The notes: a model not told the origin generated them from the sequence alone. A DNA stretch of 44,041 nucleotides from an uncultured Bacilli bacterium (GCA_934096755.1 CAKOMU010000001.1:1-44041), one strand, 5' to 3'; positions 1 to 7,988 are shown, numbered from the stretch's first letter. Program-made: numbers and translations.

Positions 1-108
1 CTTCTAGAAAGGTAGAGGCTTCTAGAAAGGTAGAGGCTTCTAGAAAGGTAGAGGCTTCTAGAAAGGTAGAGGCTTCTAGAAAGGTAGAGGCTTCTAGAAA
101 GGTAGAGG
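1..108. repeat. Perfect tandem repeat, 6 x 18-bp unit CTTCTAGAAAGGTAGAGG (array may continue upstream of the window)
   Basis: Read directly: six identical head-to-tail copies at nt 1-108, followed by CTTTTTATTTATG. Each unit contains the 8-bp palindrome TTCTAGAA and an SD-like AAAGGTAGAGG. Only one + frame is open, reading (SRKVEA)n-FYL. It stops at TGA 120-122, overlapping ATG 119 (ATGA). Confidence 0.95.
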
Positions 109-118
109 CTTTTTATTT

Positions 119-1696
119 ATGAAAAAAATTAATTTGGACAATAAGAAAACACTTGTTTTATCGATAGTGACAGTATTAACGTTGATACTGGTTGTAATCG
201 GGGCAACTTATGCGTATTTTGTGGCTCAAGGTGGTTCATCATCACAAGCAGATGTAAGTGTTAAAACAGCTACAACTGATGTCTTGATATTGTCAACTGG
301 AGAAGAAATAAATATAACTGCTGATCAATTTACTTTTGGTAAAGATATGGGAAATAGGGATGGATCGACGTATGCCAAAGCAGAATTAAGAGCTAATAAT
401 AGTACAAATAATGCTAAAGCAAATTATTATGTGTATCTAGATATTAAAGAAAATAGTTTTATATATACAACTGAAAATAAAACAGCAGAATTAATATTAA
501 CGGTAACTGATCCAGATGGAAATCCTGTAACTAAAGTAAATGGACTAGAATATGTGACTGTCAATGGAATAAGTGGATTTGATGTTACAGATAAAAGTGG
601 GTTATTTACGATAGTAGATAATCATGAAATAGTATCAACAGGAACAAAGATAGAGAATTGGAATGTAGTATTAACGTTAGTAAATTTAGATAGTGATCAA
701 TCACAAAATGCTGGACATGGATTAAAGGCAGTATTAGAAATAACGAAAGATGCTAAAAGTAAAGATAGTACACTAGCTAGTTTAATAAAGTCACAATATA
801 CTGGAACCCAAGGGGAAAATAATTTATATTTGCATGATAGTACTTTAGAAAATGGAGCGGGTGATGGTTCTTATAGATATTCTGGAACTAATGAAACTAC
901 CAATAACTTTGTTTGTTTTGGTTATGATTCCAATGACGGTAGTTGTCCAGATGATTATTTGTATCGTATTATTGGTCTTTTTGGAAATAATATAAAATTG
1001 GTTAAATATGAGTATGCTAAGTCTACTTTGTTAGGATTAGATGGTAATTATAAAGAACAATATAAAGATGATACGGATTCAGATACTACAGGTGGTTATG
1101 TACCACAATATAAAGGAAGTAATTCCACTGGTGAGTTAGGAATGTATGTTTATAGTAATGATACTAATGATAATGCATGGAAAAATAGTAAATTAAATAC
1201 GATTAATTTGAACACTAATTATCTTAATAATCTTGGTTCAAAATGGCGTGATATGATAGCTGAACATACTTGGATTGTTGGAGGTTTTAAGATTGATGAA
1301 GGATTTAGTATTTATGGTTATGTTACTACACCTGCCAACCTGTATGCCGACGAAGTAGCGAGCCCTGCATCTAATGAAGTATATGTTGCTAAGATTGGCT
1401 TAATGTATATGAGTGATTATATGTTTACCGCTGAAAAAAATTCTTGGACAGTGGTAGATGACTTTTATAGCGAAGATAATAAATGGATAAGCATGGGGTT
1501 GTCATTTGAAAGTTTGATTACACCTAGAGTTGAAATTGAAGATGGAGTAAGGCATATATATATTGGTCAGCAAGGTGGCATTGGATATATGAAGTGTAAT
1601 ACTGCAGCTTTAGTAAGACCTACTTTTTATTTGAAAGATTCAATTAAAAGTGTGGGTGGAGATGGTACTAAAAGTTCACCTTATTTACTTTCTTGA
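119..1696 (+). CDS. Secreted protein of unknown function with a SipW-dependent (TasA/camelysin-type) signal-peptide-like N-terminus
   Basis: The N-terminus is MKKINLDNKKTLVLSIVTVLTLILVVIGATYAYFVAQ. It has a basic n-region, a hydrophobic core, then G-A-T-Y-A-Y-F, resembling the GGT(F/W)A(Y/A)F motif of TasA/camelysin signal peptides. The rest is Asn/Thr/Gly-rich with no further TM segment. SD GGTAGAGG lies 10 nt upstream and a terminator follows. Confidence 0.6.
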   Translation: MKKINLDNKKTLVLSIVTVLTLILVVIGATYAYFVAQGGSSSQADVSVKTATTDVLILSTGEEINITADQFTFGKDMGNRDGSTYAKAELRANNSTNNAKANYYVYLDIKENSFIYTTENKTAELILTVTDPDGNPVTKVNGLEYVTVNGISGFDVTDKSGLFTIVDNHEIVSTGTKIENWNVVLTLVNLDSDQSQNAGHGLKAVLEITKDAKSKDSTLASLIKSQYTGTQGENNLYLHDSTLENGAGDGSYRYSGTNETTNNFVCFGYDSNDGSCPDDYLYRIIGLFGNNIKLVKYEYAKSTLLGLDGNYKEQYKDDTDSDTTGGYVPQYKGSNSTGELGMYVYSNDTNDNAWKNSKLNTINLNTNYLNNLGSKWRDMIAEHTWIVGGFKIDEGFSIYGYVTTPANLYADEVASPASNEVYVAKIGLMYMSDYMFTAEKNSWTVVDDFYSEDNKWISMGLSFESLITPRVEIEDGVRHIYIGQQGGIGYMKCNTAALVRPTFYLKDSIKSVGGDGTKSSPYLLS

Positions 1697-1725
1697 AAAA
1701 TAAACTAATTTGTAAAAAAATGAAC

Positions 1726-1753
1726 AAAGTGCTTGTAAAACAAGCACTTTTTT
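1726..1753 (+). terminator. Rho-independent terminator after the 119-1696 CDS
   Basis: AAAGTGCTTG / CAAGCACTTT form a 10-bp stem with loop TAAAA, followed by a T-run. Confidence 0.8.
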
Positions 1754-1761
1754 GGTAGAAT
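1733..1761 (+). promoter_or_regulatory. Sigma-A-type promoter for rpsB-tsf (overlaps the preceding terminator)
   Basis: TTGTAA (1733-1738), a 17-nt spacer, then TAGAAT (1756-1761). This leaves a leader of about 115 nt before rpsB. Confidence 0.5.
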
Positions 1762-1881
1762 TTAAAGTGCTGTAAATGCAAAAAAATAATCATTGATATG
1801 GATTATTATAACGAGTGCCTGAAGAAGGGTGTTATGGTAAGTAGAAGTATCAAGAAGTTAAAACAAAGGAGGGAATAATTT

Positions 1882-2802
1882 ATGGCAGTAGTTTCTATGA
1901 GTTATTTATTAGAAGCTGGAGTTCATTTTGGACATCAAACCAAAAGATGGAATCCTAAAATGAAAGAGTATATTTTTACATCTAGAGATGATATTTATAT
2001 TATCGATTTAGAAAAAACAAGAGCATGTTTAGAAGTGGCATATGAAGAAGTGAAGAATATTGCCAGTAATGGAGGAAAGTTCTTATTTGTAGGAACTAGA
2101 AAACATGCACAAGAAGTTTGTTTAGAAGAAGCAACAAGAAGTAATTCTTACTATGTAACTGAAAGATGGTTAGGTGGAACTCTTACAAACTTTAGAACTA
2201 TTAGAAGAAGAGTTAAAAGACTTGAAGAAATCGAAGAAATGGAAAAAAATGGAACATTTGATTTACTTCCTAAAAAAGAAGTTATTGGTCTTAAAAAAGA
2301 ATATGAAAAATTAAATAAAGTTCTATGTGGTATTCGGGGAATGGATAAACTTCCACAAGCATTAATTATAGTTGATCCTAAAAAAGAATATAATGCAATT
2401 AAGGAAGCTAGAAAATTAAATATTCCAGTATTTGGTGTAGTTGATACTAACTGTGATCCAGATGACGTTGATTATGTAATTCCAGGTAATGATGATGCAG
2501 TACGTTCAATTAAAGTTATGCTTGGTGTTTTAACAAATGCTATTTGTGAAGCAAATGATTTACCTATGGATGATTATGTTACTGAAGATGATAAAAAAGA
2601 TACAGTAAAAGAAAAGAAAAGTGAAAATAAAGATAACGTAAAAGTTGATGAAACTGTTTTAGAAGAAATTAAAGAAATGGAAAAAGCTGATGAACTTGAA
2701 ACTAAGACATTAGCTGACCTTAAAAAATTAGCTAAAGAAGCTGGTATTAAAGGTTATTCAACTATGAAAAAAGATGAATTAATTGAAAATTTAAGTAAAT
2801 AA
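1882..2802 (+). CDS. rpsB: 30S ribosomal protein S2 with an unusual C-terminal extension
   Basis: [19 protein letters not shown] and [11 protein letters not shown] are S2 signatures. SD AAGGAGGG lies upstream. At 306 aa it is about 50-70 aa longer than a typical S2, with an acidic/Lys-rich tail ending in [28 protein letters not shown]. Confidence 0.97.
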   Translation: MAVVSMSYLLEAGVHFGHQTKRWNPKMKEYIFTSRDDIYIIDLEKTRACLEVAYEEVKNIASNGGKFLFVGTRKHAQEVCLEEATRSNSYYVTERWLGGTLTNFRTIRRRVKRLEEIEEMEKNGTFDLLPKKEVIGLKKEYEKLNKVLCGIRGMDKLPQALIIVDPKKEYNAIKEARKLNIPVFGVVDTNCDPDDVDYVIPGNDDAVRSIKVMLGVLTNAICEANDLPMDDYVTEDDKKDTVKEKKSENKDNVKVDETVLEEIKEMEKADELETKTLADLKKLAKEAGIKGYSTMKKDELIENLSK

Positions 2803-2813
2803 GGAGGATAATT

Positions 2814-3692
2814 ATGGAAGTAACTGCAAGTATGGTTAAAGACCTAAGAGAACAAACTGGTGCAGGAATGATGGATTGTAAAAAAGCTTTAGCAGAAACT
2901 AATGGTAATATGGATGAAGCTGTTAATTATTTAAGAGAAAAAGGAATTGCTAAATCTGCTAAAAAAGAATCGAGAATTGCTGCAGAAGGTCTTGCTAATA
3001 TTTATATTGAAGGAAATAAAGCTGTTATATTAGAAGTAAATAGTGAAACTGACTTCGTTAGTAAAAATGAAGAGTTTAGAGCGATGATTGATACAATCGG
3101 TAATACTTTAGTTAAAAGTGATGTTAATACAGTTGATGAAGCTAAAGAACTTCAAACTGAAGAAGGTACTATTGGAGAATTAATTATTAATAAAACAGCT
3201 AAGATTGGTGAAAAATTATCTTTAAGAAGATTTGAAATCTTAGAAAAAACTGAAGATGAAGAATTTGGTTCATATATTCATATGGGAGGTAAGATTGCTG
3301 CATTAACCTTAGTTAAAGGTGCTAGTGAAGATGTTGCTAAAGATGTATCAATGCAAGCTGCTGCAATGAAACCTTTATATGTATTTCCTAGTGAAGTTCC
3401 AGCAGATGTTTTAGAAAATGAAAGAACTGTTTTAAAAGAACAAGCTATGAATGAAGGAAAACCTCAAGATATAGCTGAAAAAATGGTTGAAGGAAGAATT
3501 AAAAAATTCTATAAAGAAGTTTGTTTAGCTGAACAAGCATTTATTAAAGATGGTGATATTTCTGTTTCTAAATATGTTGCTAACAACGGTGGAGAAATAA
3601 TTAAAATGGTACGTTATGAAGTTGGCGAAGGTATGGAAAAACGTAATGATAACTTTGCTGAAGAAGTAATGAACCAAGTAAAAGGTAACTAA
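2814..3692 (+). CDS. tsf: Elongation factor Ts
   Basis: VKDLREQTGAGMMDCKKAL is the N-terminal UBA-like signature. The position directly after rpsB and SD AAGGAGG support the call. Confidence 0.97.
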   Translation: MEVTASMVKDLREQTGAGMMDCKKALAETNGNMDEAVNYLREKGIAKSAKKESRIAAEGLANIYIEGNKAVILEVNSETDFVSKNEEFRAMIDTIGNTLVKSDVNTVDEAKELQTEEGTIGELIINKTAKIGEKLSLRRFEILEKTEDEEFGSYIHMGGKIAALTLVKGASEDVAKDVSMQAAAMKPLYVFPSEVPADVLENERTVLKEQAMNEGKPQDIAEKMVEGRIKKFYKEVCLAEQAFIKDGDISVSKYVANNGGEIIKMVRYEVGEGMEKRNDNFAEEVMNQVKGN

Positions 3693-3718
3693 AGTAATCT
3701 GTAAAGATTGCTTTTTTT
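3691..3718 (+). terminator. tsf terminator (weak, AT-rich)
   Basis: AAAGTAATCT / AGATTGCTTT stem with one G.U pair and loop GTAA, running into a T7 tract. Confidence 0.45.
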
Positions 3719-3736
3719 ATGGTATTTTGATATCAT
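3708..3736 (+). promoter_or_regulatory. Promoter of paralog A
   Basis: TTGCTT, a 17-nt spacer, then TATCAT. The same arrangement recurs at 4571-4599 in front of paralog B. Confidence 0.5.
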
Positions 3737-3761
3737 TGGTGTGAATAGGAGAGTGGGAAAA

Positions 3762-4547
3762 ATGAATAAGCATCAATCGTTGTTTATGACTGTAGTGGTG
3801 ATATTTTGCATTGTTTTAGCAGGTGGAGGATGTTTTTATTTAGGAACTAAAATGACTGATAAGAAACTAGAAACAGTTAACACTGATGAAAAGAATGATG
3901 AATCTAAAAATAATACTAACGAAAATTCTAAAGAATTTGCGGTGGTAGAATATCCATCGGCAGTAAACAATATTTTATATAATTATTTAAAAAGTGATGG
4001 TAAAAGTTTTGTTGATTATTTGAATAATTTATCTAATAATTATAAGTTGTATTTGGCAGGTATTTTAGATAATAGAGATTTTAGCAGTTTAAAGCAAAAT
4101 TTGGTTCAATTTTTTGGTAGTGATTTAGATATTAAAGGTGAAGATTTTTATGATATTAAAAGTGATGCAGAACCTTTGTTTAGATATGATGAAAATACAA
4201 AAAGCTTTATATATAATGATAATGCTCCGGCCGGTTGTATTGGTGTTGATTTAGATAGTACTGAAGTATATAACTATCAATTGGATACAATAGATTATAA
4301 AGATGATAGTGTAGTATTAACTTATTATGGATTATATGCTATGCCAGGTGATGTTGGACCTACAACAGTTACTAATAATAAAAATGTTGAGAGAGTATTG
4401 AATTATGATCAAGAAACAGATGGATTAACTGATGAATATTATTTAAAAGAAGCTTTTACTAAAAATAAAAATGATTTCTTTAAATTTGAATATACTTATA
4501 AATTAGTAGATAATAAGTACGTTTTAACTGATTTTAAACAATTATAG
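3762..4547 (+). CDS. Membrane-anchored protein of unknown function, paralog A of a tandem pair
   Basis: I place the start at MNKHQSLF (ATG 3762) with SD AGGAGAG upstream. The track start at 3708 is a TTG inside the predicted -35 box. One N-terminal TM (FMTVVVIFCIVLAGGGCFYLG) is followed by an Asp/Asn/Tyr-rich ectodomain. Confidence 0.75.
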   Translation: MNKHQSLFMTVVVIFCIVLAGGGCFYLGTKMTDKKLETVNTDEKNDESKNNTNENSKEFAVVEYPSAVNNILYNYLKSDGKSFVDYLNNLSNNYKLYLAGILDNRDFSSLKQNLVQFFGSDLDIKGEDFYDIKSDAEPLFRYDENTKSFIYNDNAPAGCIGVDLDSTEVYNYQLDTIDYKDDSVVLTYYGLYAMPGDVGPTTVTNNKNVERVLNYDQETDGLTDEYYLKEAFTKNKNDFFKFEYTYKLVDNKYVLTDFKQL

Positions 4548-4570
4548 AAAGTGTGCATACATTTTGTATG

Positions 4571-4599
4571 TTGCTTTTTTTATAGTATTTTGATATCAT
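4571..4599 (+). promoter_or_regulatory. Promoter of paralog B (duplicated copy)
   Basis: TTGCTT, a 17-nt spacer, then TATCAT. It is nearly identical to 3708-3736 and preceded by a short hairpin (GCATACA/TGTATG). Confidence 0.5.
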
Positions 4600-4624
4600 T
4601 AATATGAATAGGAGAGTGGTAAAA

Positions 4625-5437
4625 ATGAATAAACATCAATCGTTGTTTATGACTGTAGTGGTGATATTTTGCATTGTTTTAGCAGGTGGAGGATGTTTTT
4701 ATTTAGGAACTAAAATGACTGATAAGAAACCAGAAACAGTTAAAACTGATGAAAAAGAAGATGAATCGAAAGATAAGGAAAATGATACTTTTAAAGAATT
4801 TACTGTGGTAAGTTATCCAACTGCTGTAAACAATATTTTATATAATTATTTAAAAAGTGATAATAAAAATTTAGATGATTATTTAAATAGTATATCTAAT
4901 AATCATAAATTGTATTTGGCAGGTATTTTAGGTTATGATGGTATTGAAAATGATTTAGAAAATAAAAAATTAGAGGATTTGAAGAAAAATTTAAATAAAT
5001 ATTTTGGTAGCGATTTTGGTCTTAAGGGTGAAAATTATTTTATTAGCGAAGATGATGAAGTTTGTTTATTTAAGTATAATGAAAATGATAAAGCATTTGT
5101 TTATAATGAAGATACAATTCCTACTGATGTTTTAGTGGATTTAGATAGAACGGAAATATATAACTATAAATTAGATACTATAGATTATAAAGATGATAGT
5201 GTAGTATTAACTTATTATGGATTATATGCTGTGACTGATACTGTTGGACCTACAACAGTTACTAATAATAAAAATATCAAAAGAGTTTTAAATTATGATC
5301 AAGAAACTGATAATCTAACTGATGCAGCATATTTAAGTGATGCTTTTACCAAAAATAAAAACGATTTCTTTAAATTTACTTATACCTATAAACTAATAGA
5401 TGAAAAATATGTACTAGTAGATTTTCAACAAGCGTAA
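4625..5437 (+). CDS. Membrane-anchored protein of unknown function, paralog B of a tandem pair
   Basis: The start MNKHQSLF (ATG 4625) has the same SD as paralog A. The first roughly 36 aa are identical to paralog A, and the C-terminal third is highly similar (LDTIDYKDDSVVLTYYGLYA, VGPTTVTNNKN, NKNDFFKF). Confidence 0.75.
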   Translation: MNKHQSLFMTVVVIFCIVLAGGGCFYLGTKMTDKKPETVKTDEKEDESKDKENDTFKEFTVVSYPTAVNNILYNYLKSDNKNLDDYLNSISNNHKLYLAGILGYDGIENDLENKKLEDLKKNLNKYFGSDFGLKGENYFISEDDEVCLFKYNENDKAFVYNEDTIPTDVLVDLDRTEIYNYKLDTIDYKDDSVVLTYYGLYAVTDTVGPTTVTNNKNIKRVLNYDQETDNLTDAAYLSDAFTKNKNDFFKFTYTYKLIDEKYVLVDFQQA

Positions 5438-5450
5438 GGCTTGTTTTTTT
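5427..5450 (+). terminator. Rho-independent terminator after paralog B
   Basis: AACAAGC / GCTTGTT stem. The loop GTAAG contains the stop codon, and a T-run follows. Confidence 0.7.
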
Positions 5451-5531
5451 GACAAATAATTTACAAATCGAAGGGACTAATCTTTATAAAAAAGACTTTA
5501 TTTGGTAAAATAAAGATGGAGATGTATTTAA

Positions 5532-6146
5532 ATGGCAGAAGAAAAAATTTATATAAAGAATCAACATATGTTTAAAAATAAATGGCAAATGGTTATTTAT
5601 GCAATTCTTTTTTTGTTTCTAATTTATATGTTTATTTATTTAGGGGCTAAAGATTATTCTCATGATATTAGTGATAATAAAAAATTTGCTCAAGATTTTA
5701 ATTTAGTTAGTGAAGACAATGTTTTTACTTATGTAAATGCCACTGAAGCTAGAATGGTGGCAAGTGGAAAAAAAGGAATAGTCTTGTTTGGTACGAAAAA
5801 TGAATGGGTAAATTATTATGCTTCCATTGTAAATAAGGTGGCGAAAGAGGCTGGTATTACGGAAATATACTATTATGATTTTACTAAAAATAGAGCTGAT
5901 AATAATGGTACTTATGAAGATATTGTAGCTAAGTTAAAAAACTATGTGACTTATAATGATAAAGGAGTTGGTGAAATTTATGCTCCTACGTTATTAGTGG
6001 TAAGTAATGATAAAGTTCTTATGTATGATAGTACGACAAGCTTTGTGAAAGGTACTATGACTCCAAGTTCTTATTGGAATAATGTGGTAACAGAAAATAA
6101 AGAAAATGAATTAAGAACTGTCTTTAATGAATATATGAAAAAATGA
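5532..6146 (+). CDS. Membrane-anchored thioredoxin-fold-like protein lacking the CxxC motif
   Basis: N-terminal TM (WQMVIYAILFLFLIYMFIYLG). IVLFGTKNEWVNYY sits where Trx has F-x-x-x-W-C-x-x-C, and APTLLVVSNDKV resembles the cis-Pro loop. Both redox cysteines are absent. Confidence 0.45.
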   Translation: MAEEKIYIKNQHMFKNKWQMVIYAILFLFLIYMFIYLGAKDYSHDISDNKKFAQDFNLVSEDNVFTYVNATEARMVASGKKGIVLFGTKNEWVNYYASIVNKVAKEAGITEIYYYDFTKNRADNNGTYEDIVAKLKNYVTYNDKGVGEIYAPTLLVVSNDKVLMYDSTTSFVKGTMTPSSYWNNVVTENKENELRTVFNEYMKK

Positions 6147-6154
6147 GGTTGTTT

Positions 6155-6910
6155 ATGGAAAATACAAAAAATATTATAGGCGTTTGTTTTTTGGGGGGGA
6201 TTATCTTATTATTTGTAGTTGGTGGTTATTTTTTGATGGATTATATGACACATGAAAATCATACTGGGACAACGGTAGTAAATGATGACAATGATATGAG
6301 AATTGATAGTACTAAAGATTATGTCTATTATGAAAATAGTGAAGAAATTATTGATGAAATATATAAAGAAGATGCTGTTTTAAATTTTAAGGGATTAGAA
6401 AATATTAATGCTGAATTACATCAAGAGTTAAATGAAATTAGTAATACGAAAGCTTATTATACAAATCAAGAATTACCTGAAGGAACGACATGTGATAATA
6501 ATTTATATTCTTTTACATATAGAGAATATAGTGATAATACTTTTAATGATTATGTTAGTCTGGTTGTAAATACTTATGATTATACTTGTGGAGTTGGAAG
6601 TAAAATAAAAAGTATTAAAAGTTATGTTGTAAATAAAAAAACTGGTGAATTATTAACTAATCAAGAATTATTAGATAGTTTTGGGGTTAGTGAGGATACT
6701 ATTTATGAAAGCGTACAAAAAAGATTAAATAATACACAAGTACTTGATGGTGAAGAACAAGTAATAAATATTAGTGAAACTCTTAATAACTTAAAAAGTA
6801 GTGATTATGGAGTTAATAAAGCTTTAAGTGTCAGTAAAAATGGTAAATTGATGTTAAATTTTATTGTAATATCTAATAAAATTAATTATAATGATAGTAT
6901 AGAAATTTAA
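6155..6910 (+). CDS. Membrane-anchored protein, possibly DUF3298/PdaC-like ectodomain
   Basis: I prefer ATG 6155 (MENTKN) because SD TGAGG lies 6 nt upstream. ATG 6143 overlaps the previous stop. There is one TM, and the segment YDYTCGVGSKIKSIKSYVVNKKTGELLTNQELL resembles the GGAH...tGk.l.l.dlf segment of DUF3298 domains. This is recollection, not a search result. Confidence 0.5.
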   Translation: MENTKNIIGVCFLGGIILLFVVGGYFLMDYMTHENHTGTTVVNDDNDMRIDSTKDYVYYENSEEIIDEIYKEDAVLNFKGLENINAELHQELNEISNTKAYYTNQELPEGTTCDNNLYSFTYREYSDNTFNDYVSLVVNTYDYTCGVGSKIKSIKSYVVNKKTGELLTNQELLDSFGVSEDTIYESVQKRLNNTQVLDGEEQVINISETLNNLKSSDYGVNKALSVSKNGKLMLNFIVISNKINYNDSIEI

Positions 6911-6923
6911 GTGAGGAGAAATT

Positions 6924-7454
6924 ATGGATAGTACAGAAAAAAAGATGGTTAATGCGATTGAGAGCTTAAAAAATAGATTATTAAATATTAGAGCAGGTAG
7001 AGCTAATCCAGCGATGCTAAATGGTATTATGGTTAATTATTATGGTAGTTTAACACCAATTCAAAGTATTGCTAATATTACTGTGCCAGAAGCAAGGCAA
7101 TTGTTTATTAAACCATTTGATCGAAGTGCATTAAAAGATATTGAAAAAGCAATTCATGAAGCTAATTTAGGAATTGCTCCTACTAATAATGGAGAAATGA
7201 TTATTTTAACTATTCCTGAATTAACGGAAGATAGAAGAAAAGAATATGTTAAACAAGCAAAAGTAGTAGGAGAAGAAGCCAAAGTTGCTTTACGTAATAT
7301 TCGTCAAGATGCTAATAATCAAATTAAAACTTTGGAATTACCTATGGATGAAGAAAAAATGGAATTAGAAAATGTTCAAGAATTAATAACTAAATATAAT
7401 AAGTTAGTAGATGAAGAAATTAATAAAAAATGTCAAGAATTAATGCAAGTTTAG
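6924..7454 (+). CDS. frr: Ribosome recycling factor
   Basis: LKNRLLNIRAGRANPAMLNGIMVNYYG and LTEDRRKEYVKQAK match frr. SD GAGGAG lies upstream. Confidence 0.97.
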   Translation: MDSTEKKMVNAIESLKNRLLNIRAGRANPAMLNGIMVNYYGSLTPIQSIANITVPEARQLFIKPFDRSALKDIEKAIHEANLGIAPTNNGEMIILTIPELTEDRRKEYVKQAKVVGEEAKVALRNIRQDANNQIKTLELPMDEEKMELENVQELITKYNKLVDEEINKKCQELMQV

Positions 7455-7486
7455 TTAGAAATAATTGTAAAAGTTTGGTATAATAA

Positions 7487-7520
7487 AACTATGAAAGAAA
7501 ATTACTTTCATAGTTTTTTT
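7487..7520 (+). terminator. Strong intrinsic terminator hairpin between frr and the CarD-like gene
   Basis: AACTATGAAAG / CTTTCATAGTT form a perfect 11-bp stem with loop AAAATTA, followed by T7. A TGGTATAAT element (7476-7484) lies immediately upstream, and GGGGGA-N3-ATG (7530) lies immediately downstream. Confidence 0.8.
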
Positions 7521-7529
7521 GGGGGATTT

Positions 7530-7988
7530 ATGAAAAGTTATATTGTTTATCGTAAGGAAGTATGTGAAATACTAAAGGAAGAAAATGGTATTTATGAGTT
7601 GGTGCCGATTAGTGATGATTCGATAAAATATCATATACCAAAGGATTCTCAAGTGTTGAGAAAAATAATATCTAAAGAAGAAATGGAAGAATTGTTAGAT
7701 TTAATTCCAAGTATTGAAGTAATCCCAAGTAAGGATAAAACTTTAGAGAATGTTTATAAAGAATTATTAGCGCATGGTAAACATGAAGATTTGATTAAAG
7801 TGATTAAGACAGCATATTTAAGAAATCAAGCACGTTTATTAAATAATAAAAAAATTAGTGATAAAGACGATGAATATTTAAAAAGAGCTGAAAAATATTT
7901 GTGTGATGAATTTAGCGTTATATTGAATATGAATTTTGAAGATACTAAAAACTTTGTTATAAATAAAGTAAAAGAAGTCAATGTTTAA
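7530..7988 (+). CDS. CarD/CdnL-family-like transcription factor
   Basis: I place the start at MKSYIVYRKEV (ATG 7530). The track ATG 7491 lies inside the terminator stem. The layout (short beta-rich N-domain, IISKEEMEELLDLI, then a helical C-domain) resembles CarD_CdnL_TRCF proteins. Confidence 0.5.
   Translation: MKSYIVYRKEVCEILKEENGIYELVPISDDSIKYHIPKDSQVLRKIISKEEMEELLDLIPSIEVIPSKDKTLENVYKELLAHGKHEDLIKVIKTAYLRNQARLLNNKKISDKDDEYLKRAEKYLCDEFSVILNMNFEDTKNFVINKVKEVNV

Noticed and set aside
1-108. The 18-bp repeat array as a CRISPR array
   Set aside because: The units are directly adjacent with no spacers and are only 18 bp long. No cas genes are in view. It is a simple tandem repeat.
3708-3761. 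Track start codons at 3708 (TTG), 4604, 7491, 13078, 29368, 34361, 35018 and 37216
   Set aside because: Each lies inside a predicted promoter box or terminator stem, or lacks an SD. A downstream start with a good SD gives the conserved N-terminus in each case. The coordinates were trimmed accordingly.
3693-6923. A hidden or frameshifted pyrH between tsf and frr
   Set aside because: None of the six frames shows UMP-kinase signatures such as the G-x-x-G-x-G and amino-acid-kinase motifs. The interval is fully occupied by four intact membrane-protein ORFs.
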